64,000 nucleotides of DNA, taken from positions 1 to 64,000 of the forward strand of contig LVLI01000195.1 in NCBI GenBank assembly GCA_001687465.1. Direction: 5' to 3'. Origin of the DNA: Halocafeteria seosinensis (taxonomy: Eukaryota). The notes under the pieces are model-generated. The model saw only the letters and a program-made list of their open reading frames with translations. It searched no databases and had not been told where the DNA came from. The stretch's first letter is position 1, and the number at the start of each line of letters is the position of its first letter. The position numbers were made by a program, and so were the translations under genes. Shown here piece after piece: positions 34,702-47,543 of this stretch.

Positions 34702-37700
34702 ATGGACGATATTCAAGTCGAAGCTACTTCCTGTCTCTTGGATGAAAGGGTGGCCGATGTCATGCCTCCTGCCCATGATGGCGGCAGTGAGGGAAAGAAA
34801 GACGACTCAGACAGCGCATTATCGCTGTCGAAAGCTCTGGAACCTGTCCCTGATCAATTTGAATCCGTAGAACAGTACAAGACCATCTTCACGAAGCTCA
34901 TTGTCCACGAAATGCAGTCCCAGTTGCGTAATATCCTGGAAGGGAAAGTGCAAAAGAAGCCCACAATTGTAAATGGTGGTGGTGGGAATGAAGGGGACGA
35001 AACTGAGGAGAGTGAGCTCTCAGCATCCAGCCCCACTACTTCCGAATCGAGGCTACAGGCCCTCACCGGGAGAGTGGAAGCGTTAGTAGCCTTGGATGAG
35101 ACCTCTAATTTATCTCGCCTTTCCGTAAGGTTCGATCAAAATGTTCACGCGGAAAGAGCGAGACAGAATCTGAAACCTAACTTTATGGTCATTCTGTCGC
35201 TGGACTCTGATACTGTCAATTTATCTGGCAACGGCAAACGATTTGCGTTGGGACTGACAACGGGTAGCACAGGAAATGTTTTTGACTTTTGCGTTAATGC
35301 CCAGTTGTACAACAATCAATGTACCCCCGATAAAAAGGCTCAAAAGACGGCAGGAACCAGCAGCGCAAGAAATGCCAGTAAAATAGCCTCCAGCGGAGAA
35401 CTCTTTGTGTGGCCGCTGACCAACGTGATATCGTCACTTCGTGAATTGGAAGCCGTGGTATCCATTCAAAAAAATGTTGCTCAAGAAATCAGTCAGTCTA
35501 TCGTTTATGGGCAGATACCCGGGAATGATGGAACTTTGAAATTTTCCGCGTCGAACATCATTTCCCCGGATTATAGCAACTTTTTGCAGCGCACATTTAA
35601 CAAGGCGCAGCAGCATGCAATAGCAGAAGCAGCTAGGCGACGCGGTATTGTTCTCGTTCAGGGTCCTCCTGGTACAGGTAAGACGTCTACTATTCTTGGC
35701 TGTCTGAATACGCTCCACGTCGAAGCATACGGAGTGTTCCATGAGAGGATGGTACACGGAGACGCTGAGATCACTGCATCGAACCGACCGACAAAGCCCC
35801 CAGCGGTTTCGGGAGACTCCAACAATAGGGATCAATCGAGGAAACGGAGTCGAGGAGGTGTATCCGATATTATGGCAATCTGGCAAACTTCCTCAGCGTC
35901 CCGTGACGATGAAGGCTCTGTGTTGGACAAAGTCCTCAGAGTGGCGAGTACGAATACATCACGTTGCAATTCGTTGATCTCATGGCTCTCTTCTAACTCC
36001 TCAAATGAGATAGAAGTACTCAGTGGAACTCTTGGAGTTATAGGGCTGAAGCCGCGTATCCTTGTTGCGGCGCCATCCAATGCGGCTGTCGATAATGTCA
36101 TAGAAAAGATTATGCAAAGTGGATTCAAAGACGGCCGGTTATGTCCGTATGGGCCTGCGATCGTACGAGTAGGCCAGTCCTACTCGTTGCCAATACAAAA
36201 CAGTGGACTTTCCTTATCTCAGCAGGTATGTTTGCCTTCAGATGGACGACTTGACATCAAGGTTGAGGAATACGACCTGGCTTTTGAATTGTCATTGCAG
36301 GTTGATAATTTGATGAATCTGTCTGCTCAAAATGTGTCGCAATGGTCCCAGAAACTGCGAGAGGATGCAGACTTAATATTGAAGGAGCTGAAGCGGATAA
36401 GGCACGAATACAGCTCGAATGACAGTATTCCTCTCGAGAACGTAATCCCTAATTTAGTAACACTCCTGAAGAACTTCCATAAAATCTTTACCCAATACCG
36501 ACGTCTGAAGTGGCTTGGTCACTTGTTCTCAGTTGATCAGGAGGTATGTTTCATGAAATGAAATGCGTTGAGTGGAAACACGACATTTGTCCGCTGTTGT
36601 GATGGTTCTTACAGGCGTACAAAACGCAGAAGCCTCATACGCGGGATAACTTAACAATGTCTCTTCTTGATGATAATGAAATAATATTCTCTACATTAAG
36701 TAGTTCTGCTTTACGTTGCATTGAGGATTTCACCAGAGAATATGGACGGAAGTACGTGGGTGCAACAGTGGAAATAAGGAAGAAATACCTATGTTACATT
36801 ATGTTTGTTTGGGAAGCAGATTCGAGACCGTTGTGGTAGATGAAGCTGCTCAAGCTATTGAGGCATCCAGTCTAATACCCTTAAAGTACGCAGTCAGACT
36901 GTAGACTCCACGCTTGGTCTTGGTTACCTATTTGAATTCTTCGCAGGTACCATTGCAACAAGCTCGTTTTGGTCGGCGATCCCCAGCAGTTACCGGCAAC
37001 AGTTGTTTCTCCGGAATGTAAAAGGATGAAACTTGACCAATCTTTGTTTGCTCGTCTTGTTAAATGTGGGTATCCCTCTCATTTGTTGGACACGCAGTAC
37101 AGAATGCATCCGCACATCTCCGAATTCCCTTCGAAACACTTTTACGGAGGAAGGCTAAGAGATGCTGACTATCTTATAGAAGGTGCTCGTTCACAACCTT
37201 TCCACAAGGAAAAATACTTCCGTCCCTTAGAATTTTTTCAGATCGAGAGCACGGAAGGAACTGGCGTGAAGCGCTCAATGTGTAACATTGCGGAAGCACA
37301 GTTTGCGATTCAGTTGATTTTTTCGCTTATGTTGTGGAGTTATTACTCCGAGGAAGAAGAGAAAGAAATCCGGTTTAATGGTACGATTGGAGTAATTAGC
37401 CCTTACAGAGGCCAGGTTGATTTACTTAGGTCCATGTACGAACGTGCCATTGAACAACACAATGCTGAGGAGAGGTTTAAGTCTTCCAAGAGGCGCTTTC
37501 CAACGTGTCCTGTTCGCATAGATACGGTCGATAGCTACCAAGGCCAAGAGTCTGATGTCATCATACTATCTCTCACTCGGTCTTGGAGCTCTCCGGACCA
37601 AACTCCTGTACCAGAGGTGGATAAAAGCACAGAGGGTTCGTGGCCTTCAGCAGCTAAGCGAGATAACAGTTCACAAAGCATTGGATTCTTGCGAGATGTC

Positions 37701-37967
37701 CGCCGAATGAATGTAGCGATGACGAGGGCAAAATATTCTTTGTGGGTTCTGGGAAATGCAGACGTTTTGTCCGTAAACAGTGATTGGAAAGCCTTTATTG
37801 ATCATGTCCGTGCTCGAGACTGCTTTGTTCGAGCGGAAGAGCTGTCACTTCCAGGACCAAAGGATACTAGTCCCACAGAAATACCTCCTCAAAGCCAGCC
37901 AGGCTATCCTTATTTGATCGTCGCTGCTACATATGATTCCACAGTCACTAGCTCGGTGTCATCGTGA
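34702..37967 (+). CDS. SEN1/senataxin-like SF1B (Upf1-like) helicase
   Basis: LVQGPPGTGKT, ILVAAPSNAAVD, VVDEAAQ, VGDPQQLP, LDTQYRMHP, GVISPY, TVDSYQGQE, RRMNVAMTRAK. Several introns. The start codon is uncertain. Confidence 0.9.
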
Positions 37968-38152
37968 GCAGAACCGAGCAACCTGCTTCAGCAGTCGCGA
38001 CTGACGTTTTTGGATTCAAATGTGAAGATGAATAGCATGTAGACTTTGGAGTAGTCATAAGTGTATAGTTTGGTTCGGTAAGAAGGTGATAGAAGTTTGG
38101 AAGTTATCATAAGGCTCGGAATAGTTAGTCCCTTGTTTTTCAGCAAGATATA

Positions 38153-39046
38153 ATGTCGGGTGGTAAAATAACACCGCATCAAACGGCAAAAATCAATCGT
38201 TTATTGAGTAAAATTGAAGTCCAACAAGCTCGGTTGGAGAGGATTAAGACACTGCTACACAAGTGTTCGACGGAGGCCTCAACCCCTTCGAATCAATCCC
38301 ATGCAAATGAGCACGCCAATGGATCTGTTCAGACAAGATGCTCTTGGTGGTATATCTTTGGGCAAATCATCATCATCGGGGCATTGGGGTTGGCACTCAT
38401 GGGATCCTATCTCACGCTTCTAAGGATGACAGGGCCCGATCAGGAGCAATACATACCCCTAGGGTATGGTTCTTCGATAGATACTGTGAATGCATGCTGG
38501 CTGCAACCGTGGCTACATCCGTCATCGTGGACGTTAGGGGGCAAACAAACGAACCGGCACCCACATGCCGCTCCGCAGCGCTATGAGGAGATGGAGGTAC
38601 ACATCAATGCAACTCAGCTGCTGGTGTCGCCTGTTTGCTGGAGCTCGTTAAATTCGAGTGTTCCCAACGTGATTGTTGCTCTTCTTGAGCCAGAATGCGT
38701 GTGCGTATGGCATACGATACAGATTCTGCTCGCGACCACCGCGATCCTAGTGGCGGTCGGCAACTGCATCCCTCGGGCTCATCCTGGTATATGGGCTGCT
38801 CGGGAACATGAATACCCACCGCAATATGAAACTGTATCTAGCGATGCGCAAGATAGAGGGGATAAATATGTGTCGTCTACAATGCGCACAATAATGAGGG
38901 AGCTGAACTCCTTGATGGAACTCTCGGGACTACGCATGGAAGACAAAGGCTCACGAAGATCAGAGGACCATGTTCCAACTTCTCGGGTACAACGAAGGCT
39001 AAGCGAAGAGTTTGATACAACCTACGGCAGAAACTCTAGCTCGTGA
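38153..39046 (+). CDS. Unknown protein with two transmembrane segments
   Basis: 297-aa intronless ORF with an N-terminal coiled coil and two hydrophobic stretches. Confidence 0.6.
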   Translation: MSGGKITPHQTAKINRLLSKIEVQQARLERIKTLLHKCSTEASTPSNQSHANEHANGSVQTRCSWWYIFGQIIIIGALGLALMGSYLTLLRMTGPDQEQYIPLGYGSSIDTVNACWLQPWLHPSSWTLGGKQTNRHPHAAPQRYEEMEVHINATQLLVSPVCWSSLNSSVPNVIVALLEPECVCVWHTIQILLATTAILVAVGNCIPRAHPGIWAAREHEYPPQYETVSSDAQDRGDKYVSSTMRTIMRELNSLMELSGLRMEDKGSRRSEDHVPTSRVQRRLSEEFDTTYGRNSSS

Positions 39047-39817
39047 CTTTGTCAATCCTCTACTGTCAGTATTCGTTTGAACTTGGATAGCCCATGCTGA
39101 GGCAGGTAATGATCTTCTGTGAGACCTACTCTCTCTCGGTATACCGTGATATACCCAGGAGAAGAGGGTCGAAATGCCAGTTCAATCCATTGGCATTTAA
39201 TGGTAGCAAGTGCAACTGGCGGCTCCCTAAGTGCAAGTGACTCTAGTCGGCTCACACGGACGCGCTTCGGATTGTCGAAGAAGCCATTCTCAGGTAAAGC
39301 AAATCGTGCAGAATGATAATCGTACTATGATATGTTACGAGCAAATCCAGTGGAGAATACAGTTGGACACTAGATGCTTGCTGGCATTCCTGAAATTCCA
39401 GTAAGAACGGCCTGATCTGACGGGATTAAGTGCAGAGTTTTCCAACTCGAAAAATCTTCTCTTTTATTTCCCTTATAGCTGTGCGAACCAAGCGATTGGC
39501 TTCAGCTCCACTAGTTATCACATACTTTACCCATTGCATACACTGAGTATCGTTATGTTGCTTACTTCTTCCTACCAGTGCGGAAACTAGTGTTTGAATT
39601 TTGTTTCAAAAGTACACCCGTCCTCATTTGAGCTAATGACACCTTATCAGTTGGTATTGTGCATGGCAATCCTGGCATTCAAGCAACATTCCTGTCAACG
39701 ATACACTACTTTTGCTGTAGTTTTGATAGTCTATTCCAGTCGTGTCATTGCTTGTTTGACCTCAGTCAGGCTGTAAATAGGCTTGTTTCAGTATCTTTTC
39801 CAAGGCCATACTGAATC

Positions 39818-42800
39818 ATGTCGGAACGTAGTAACACTTCTAGCGTAGGAGGACCTCTCGGTGGAGGCTCCTCCAGTGGTAACAGCAACAATAATAATCG
39901 TAATCAGCAGCAAGGGCAGCAAACAGGATCCTCTCCGGGCACTGGAGGCCCTCGCACACCAGTGCAGCGCCCTCAAGCGCAACACAATGAAGGGGCTGCC
40001 ACTCCCAACTCCTTCGCCCGTGGAACTCCCATTTCCACTGGAAGGTGCGTTTCGAACTCTGTATGGTAGTCCTGTGACTGTGGAATGATGATTTGCAAAG
40101 TGGGAGCTGGGGGCACATTTCAAACAAAAAGTGGCGCGAGCGCGCCTTGACAGCGCCGGTTGTCTACAACGAGCGACGAGGTGTGGGTGTACCAGAATAA
40201 AGGGTTCGAAGGATGTTTTCTCAGCAAGACTTTGTGTGGACATTATTAACATATGTATGATTGTTTTGTGTATCATTATGGTCTTGGAAACTGTATGTTG
40301 GGGTCAAGCCAAGAAACCGGGGTTGTGGTGTCTACAACGAGCGAATTTGAATTCACAGCGTCACAAGCGTCACCTTCGTTTTTCGCAGATCTCCCACGAA
40401 TTTGTACCGCGGTGAACTCGGAGGAAGTCCAACGCCTGCCCGAGCTACTAACAACAACGCTGAGACTCCTTACAGCAATGGAGGGTATGTAGTTAACTTG
40501 GATAGGCAAATTCCAAACGATGTACTTGACAGGCGATATCACACACCCGCAGAGGCTCGAATGGTCCCAGCACTCCTGGGTCTGCTGGATCCAGTCGCCG
40601 AACGAACGCGTCAAGAAGACTTACTTCGGGTGGTGGTGCTGCTGCAGCGGCAGGTAGTTCAAGCAGGAGAAGTGCCGGCGAGAACAGCGAATCTGATTCC
40701 CAACTGACCTGGTCCGAAGCTGCAGTCATCTGGGGCACCAATGTCAACACTATGGAAGCCGTGAACACGTTTCGGTAAGTGCCGAACATCTTGTAGCAGA
40801 ATTGACAATCTAGATGTATATATAGGTTTTCCTTTTCCTATGAACTATACAGTGACTTCATAGAGCAATACGCCATCCAGGAGGACTCTTCCTCTGAGGA
40901 AGGGGCTCAATACAGCCATTACAGGCGAGTCATGTCGGAAATGGCACATACGGGCGAAAGAAGTCTCAATGTAGACTGCAGCGAATTGTACTACTTTAAC
41001 AGAGAGTGCGCGCGTCTGTATGAACAGCTTGTGAACTATCCAACTGAAATAATCCCGCTGATGGACCTCGTCGTAAATGAGCAGTACTGCGAGGTTGCAA
41101 ACTCTTCTGAACTGGACAATGAGGGCATGCCTGTTGAACGCCTTCAAGTTCGTCTGCACAATTTACACACTACGAAGAGGATGAGAGATTTGGACCCCAT
41201 TGATATGGACAACTTGATGGGGATGCAAGGAATGGTTATTCGTAGCTCTTCAATAATCCCAGACTTAAGACGCGCCTTCTTCAGATGCTCGACGTGCCAA
41301 CAGAGTGTTCAAGTGAATGTAGACCGCAACCGAATCAATGAGCCCACCTACTGCAGCCACTGTTCTGCTCGCAACAGTTATGAAATCGTGCACAATCGTT
41401 GCACATTCAAGGACAAACAGCTGATCAAAATACAGGAGACACCTGAATCGATCCCTGAAGGTGAGACCCCGCACACTATCATGGTGTACGCCCACGATGA
41501 TCTTGTAGATACTGTGGTCCCTGGTGACCGTGTAGTTGTCACCGGTATCTTCCGTGCCCTTCCTCATCGCCCGAACCCGAGGGTGAGAACTGTCCGCTCA
41601 GTGTACAAAACTTACGTGGATGCTATTCATTTCAAAAAGAGCGATGGGAACCGCCTCAGCGCTGATTCGGCAAACGAAGATACGAATATGAGAACTCTCC
41701 GCGATCAGTCTGAAACACAGGCTGCAAGTAAGTGTTCAACTTTTCACATTTGCAGTCCTAGCGCATTCTATGTAAGCGTAACGTTTGCTTCCTTGGCTTG
41801 TACAGTTATGGCCAGAGAAACCCGTGTGAAAGAAATGTCGCGCACAAATGATCTTTACAATAAACTCGCGGAGAGTGTAGCTCCTTCAATTTGGGAAATG
41901 GACGACGTAAAGAAAGGTGTATTGCTTCAGCTATTCGGTGGTCTCAATAAAGATATGGGGAGCCAAGGAAAATCTCGTGGTGAAATCAATGTTCTCCTTT
42001 GCGGTGATCCAGGTACTTCGAAATCTCAGTTGCTCTCGTATGTACATCGCATTGCACCAAGGGGAATTTACACTTCCGGTAAAGGATCGAGTGCCGTGGG
42101 TTTGACTGCATACATAACCAAGGACCCCGATACTAAAGAACCAATATTGGAAAGCGGTGCGCTTGTACTAAGTGACCGGGGTGTTTGTTGTATTGACGAG
42201 TTCGACAAGATGAGTGACTCTACTCGAAGCATCTTACATGAAGTTATGGAACAACAAACAGTTTCGATTGCTAAGTCTGGAATCATTTGTACTTTGAACG
42301 CACGTACCTCAATCCTGGCTAGCGCAAATCCCGTGGAGAGCCGCTACAACCCCAACTTGTCCGTCGTCGAAAATATCAAGCTACCCCCGACGCTGCTATC
42401 TAGGTTTGATCTGATTTACTTGATACTGGATAAGAGTGACCCTGTCGCCGATCGCAGGCTTGCCCAGCATATAGTGTCCTTGTACTATCCTCCTGAGGAC
42501 CGAAGGCAGAGTGAAACGTCTTCCTTTACCCATGCTCAATTGACTGAGTACATATCGTGGGCCAAGGCTAACATCAGTCCCAGCATGAGCAATGCAGCAG
42601 CAGTTAAGTTGACCAACGGATACGTTGAGATGAGGCAATCCGGAAACTTGGGTGGCGGAAAAAAGACAATTGCTGCAACACCAAGGCAGTTGGAATCCTT
42701 AATCCGCTTGGCAGAAGCGCATGCCCGAATGCAGCTGAAAGACGTCGTTGAGGAAGCTGATGTGGTTGAAGCTATTCGTTTGATGAACGTAGCCACACAA

Positions 42801-43225
42801 AAGACTGCAACGGATCCCGTAACCGGTACGATCGACATGGATGCAATTCACACTGGCCGAACGTAAGTATCAACAGCTTGAGGGTGTGTCACGTAGAATC
42901 CTCATAACTCTTTTTTGTCTATCTCTGTCCTCACAGAGCTGCTCAAAGAAACACTGTTGCAAACTTGAAGGAATTCCTGAACCGCAAGAGCATTGGCGAA
43001 GACGTTGCGTTTGCAGACATTATCAATCACTTAAGTTCAGTTTCCGATACAACTCTGGGTGAGGATGATCTCATTAATTACCTGAACCAACTTAGCGACG
43101 AAGGTTACGTCCGTATGGATACTCCTAGTAACTCGGTTAGAGTCCTGCGCAACGACGGTTCTAAAGGAGGAGGAGGCGCCGCTGCGGCTCCCATGGCCCA
43201 AATGGGGACCGAAGACATGGACTAA
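39818..43225 (+). CDS. MCM4: DNA replication licensing factor MCM4
   Basis: S/T-P rich N-terminus, VIWGTNVN, YPTEIIPLMD, DKQLIKIQETPESIPEGETPHT, LLCGDPGTSKSQLL, CCIDEFDKM, LPPTLLSRFDL, ATPRQLESLIRL. Confidence 0.97.
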
Positions 43226-43887
43226 AACTTGTGATCTAACTGGTTCTACTTAACCGGTACAATGTACAATAGGCCATGGGTAATAATACACACTCCAGTA
43301 CACTCTGAAGCTACAGGAGGCCATCAAGACTCAATCTCGACGGCTCCGCAGCATAAACCACGCCATTTTACGCTTGTTAGGCAGAGAGACAGCATTGAGA
43401 CCAACCTGAAAGTGTCTCGCAAACATTGGTGCGTGTGCCAGCAGCAAACGGATCGAATTCAGAGGTTTATAGAGTCTCTACGGGTCTGGCAACGAGCGCT
43501 TAATGACTACAGAGTTATGCTCTACGGCCGGTTGCTGCATAGAGCGTAGTCAGATAATAATAGTGAAAATACCAGGATTATCTGAGTTGTTGAAGACAAC
43601 GACATTGTTCACACCGTGAGAGCCAAGAAGTGTAAGAAAGCCACAGCTAAAGGGAGTAAGAAGATGAAAAGTAGGATTGGCCATGCCAGGCCATCGGAAC
43701 ATCTTCCCAGTTAAGATGATGACGCTGTTGAGACTGCACGTGAACGTCGTGAACCTCAACTTCCCCTTGAACTTGAAACAGCCGATCTCAATATACATTG
43801 CATGACAATAACTTGTCAAGAAGGTCACTTTATATAGTTTTGTTGTACATGGTATGGTATTTTGAGGCCCTCCAGGTGGTGGAGAAA

Positions 43888-45639
43888 ATGGAAATGACGT
43901 CGTCATCGCGTAGCTCTGCGTCGTCTCATCCTCTGGCAGGCGCTGTTGATGTACGTGCTGACGCTGGAGGGGTAGTGTCTGTAGTATACAAGGTTTAAAT
44001 GGCGTCTTTTCTGTTGTACAGGTTCCTTGCATTTCGTCCACTGCGACTGCGTCGGGTACCACTCGGCATGGAGTTGTTATGAACGTGGATAACCTTAGCC
44101 AACTCCAGAGTGTCTTCCCGGATGGTTCCTATGTGGACATTACCCTGGACGAGAAGAAGTCAGGCTCCAAACAATACTTGGTATGTACTATTTATAGTAC
44201 GGGACTCGCGAATACGCAACTATTAGTGACTCGTGTGTTTCAGACGCTGCGTCCGGAGAATTCGACAGAGGGAAGTCAGGACAATGGACAAACTGTGTCG
44301 GCATCGCTGACTGTGACAAATACCGAGAATGACCGACATCAAGAGTTGTATACAAGGAACGATTACGCACTGGAGCACAGCGGAACCATCAACCATGAAG
44401 GTGAACTAGTCTTGCCCGACGTGGAGCAGTCTGCGGTCGAGCTACAGCCGCATAGCGGAAGGGACCAGGGCACCCATTCCGCTATTATCTACACCGATAA
44501 GCAGATCATGCCACTGGCATATCGTGCGAACAAGAACTGGTGGATGAACCTTAGCACAAGAGAAAAGGCAGAATGTGAATTAGCCCTTGTCCCCCAAACA
44601 CCGCTATCATTGTACCACCGTATCCATGCAACACACGAGACTTCGGGAAAATTGGCGAGCAGTCCTCCCCCTTCGTTCCTGAGCGTTATAAAACCGATCT
44701 GTCGAACCTGCAGTACGATGACAACCAAGGCGCAATGTTCGATGCCGCAGTACTTTCAAGAAAAGCATTGTCTTCTTACAACGTCGCATGTCGAATTACT
44801 ACCTTCGGTATGGCACCGCTTGTCCACAGGATCGTGGAAGTTGGCTCTCTCCGATGCGGAAGAATCGTATATCTCGGAAATGCAGCGACTGGCTTCTGAA
44901 GAGGATCAAAGCTCGAATCAACAGGATGCCGCGGTGGCTCCATCAGTTAGAAGAACGTTGCCATCCGAAAGTGAAACCTACATTTCGTCGAACATCGTCA
45001 CCGCTATCGACAAACATCTCGGAGACATTCCATCCCTACCCGCTGAGAGTGCTGGTTCAGCCTTGATGGACCTTACGGCTTTAAAGGGTATGCAAGCCTG
45101 CGAGTAATTATTCATGCAATAGCTTCGTTTGTTATCTTGCTTCTACAGGTATAAAAGGCTTCGATACGTATCAGACAGTCCCGGTACGTCCCCCACATGA
45201 TGAGCAAGAATTTCGAGCTCTAGCGCGGAAATATAATACAGCAGCTGAAATGTACGGACAATTAAGGAGGGCTACTGATAAGTTACTAGCGCGATACCGG
45301 AGAGTAGACCAGTGGAAGACACAATTACAGGTACGCGTATTCATCCCTTTTAAGGTATCTGCTGTTATCTGACTGCCGCTGTATATGAGATTCCAGAACC
45401 TGGTCAACCAGCTTCGGCAAGTAGTCGGAAATTCGATGCCGTCTGAGTCAACTAAGCGCACTATTGATAATTCTAAGAGCTCGGTTCAACGAGTTAATCG
45501 CTTTTTGAATGTTGCGTTAACTGATCTACGATGGTGCTCTGAAAAGCTGAGAGAACTATATGTCTTCCATCAACAACTTCAGGCAGTCTTCAACATGCAC
45601 CCAAACAACGCACTGCAGATGGAACTTACCGGTAATTAG
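43888..45639 (+). CDS. Possible ELL-family Pol II elongation factor (4 exons)
   Basis: REKAECELALVPQTPLSL and LLPSVWHRLSTGSWKLALSDAEESYI resemble the ELL central domain. PPHDEQEFRALARKYNTAAEMYGQL resembles the Occludin/ELL C-terminal domain. Likely introns at about 43951-44021, 45091-45148 and 45331-45397. Confidence 0.5.
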
Positions 45640-45994
45640 TTAACCTTGCGTCGCTCTCCGGTTTACTGTACGGTACATCGAATACATACTATCACTGTTA
45701 TGGATCCTACAAAACTTAATGCACACGAAACTATAGGCACGCTTATGACACAGTATGTGTATATTTGAACTTCCCAGCTAATGCACTGTTAATGCAGAGG
45801 CGGCCACATTCGCAGCCTCAGCGTCGTCCGTCGCTCTCCCCTACACTACCCAGTACATTGGCCACACGCAATCCGAAGATTGCTACGGGCGTCAGCACCT
45901 ACGCGCCGTGGAGCCCCCTAACTAGCTCCTTCACCCTAGCAGCACTGGGAAATAAATCTGTTCTCCAGTCACTAGTTTTGCAGTGGCACATCAA

Positions 45995-47195
45995 TTATGC
46001 GGCAGCTTTGAGCCCTCCTTTGCCAGCCTTCATCAAGAAGTCGGTGTGGACCTGGTGTGGGCTCTGTTGGTAACCGAAATCCGGCCACAAGTCCGGGCTC
46101 AAGAAAGCGTAGCTCTTGCGAAGAGCGAAGAAACATCCGCGGATAAAGTTACCCATCGTACGGGTATGTCCACGAGAGCTGGTGTAGCAGTCTTGCACAC
46201 CGGCCAAAGCCAACATCTTCTTGGTAGCAGGCGCAGCGACCAAACCAGTACCACGGGGAGCAGGAATAAGGCGCACACGGACTGAGCCACACTTTCCAGT
46301 CAGCTTACTAGGTACAGTATGAGGAAGTCCCACTTTGCCTCCCCAATAACCACGGCGAATGGGGATCACGGAAAGTTTAGCCAAAGTCATCGCACCACGA
46401 ATGGCAGTAGCAACCTCGGTTGCTACCTTTACTCCAAGACCGACATGCCCATTGCAATCTCCAACGGCAATGAAAGCTTTGAATCGAGTACGCTGACCGG
46501 CGGCCGACTGCTTCTGAACGGGCATGATCTTCATCACTTCGTCACGGAGGTTAGGCAAGAATGAGTCGATGATTTCAGCTTCCTTAATGGGAAGGGAGTG
46601 TAGGTAGACTTCCTCCAAAGTAGTGAGTTTGCCGCTCTTCACAAGACGACCGAGCTTGGTTACGGGCACCCATTCTGTCACGCAAAAAAGAACCACCAGA
46701 GTGTTTCACGTGAATAGATAATTTCGTGGTTCCGAGAGTTCCTTACCTTTCTCCTGGCGTCCACGGCCACCACGACCGCCGCGACCACGTCCGCGGCCAC
46801 GTCCACCTCTTCCACCGCGTCCAAAGCCACCACGCTGCAACATTACGAAAACAAACACCATTTACAAGGTATTCGATTTTTCGTTTGCCCACCAATGTAA
46901 CTATCCATCATGAGATAATACATGTCATAGAGATAGAGTCAGAGGCTCTACTCTCTAATGCACTAAACAGAGCCCCTTTCCCTACGCAAGGCTCCATCCA
47001 CTCCCTTGAATACGTAGCAATAGTCATCTTTTACCCACCACGGTGGCCTTGTATCTATAATACACGGTTAAAGTGGGAAAGAGAGACCCACAGGCTCAGA
47101 GGAAAACTACAAAAAGCCCGAGGGGCACTCCCCAGGGGTAAAGCAGGGGGGCCCGTCGTGGGTGGGATAGGGAGACTCACCTGTGTTTCAGACAT
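45995..47195 (-). CDS. RPS2: 40S ribosomal protein S2 (uS5)
   Basis: MSETQ|RGG-rich exon|[13 protein letters not shown]...[15 protein letters not shown]...RRGYWG...[17 protein letters not shown]. Introns 47180-46835 and 46746-46675. Confidence 0.98.
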
Positions 47196-47543
47196 CTTAA
47201 AGGTGATAAACCAATGAATTCAAGAAGAATATATCCAACTACGTCAAGCTGTTAGGGCTAGACGATTTATTATCTCTTTACTCTCTTCTCTCGAAAGAGG
47301 GCTCCGACAACAACAAACTCTGGATGTGCCACCAAGGTGGCCAAATCTTCACTGGAAATTCACAAGTAGCACATTTGATTGTTGCTTCCCTTACAGCTTT
47401 CACAGGTCAAGTACAATGGAGGCCATATACCATGTCCAAATCGTGTGATTGTCCGATATACCGACGTCATCAGGGTGGTAGATGAGGTCACTATACGGTA
47501 AGAGTGGAAGAAGCGGTGCGTAGAGGCCGAAAAGGGAAGAAAT

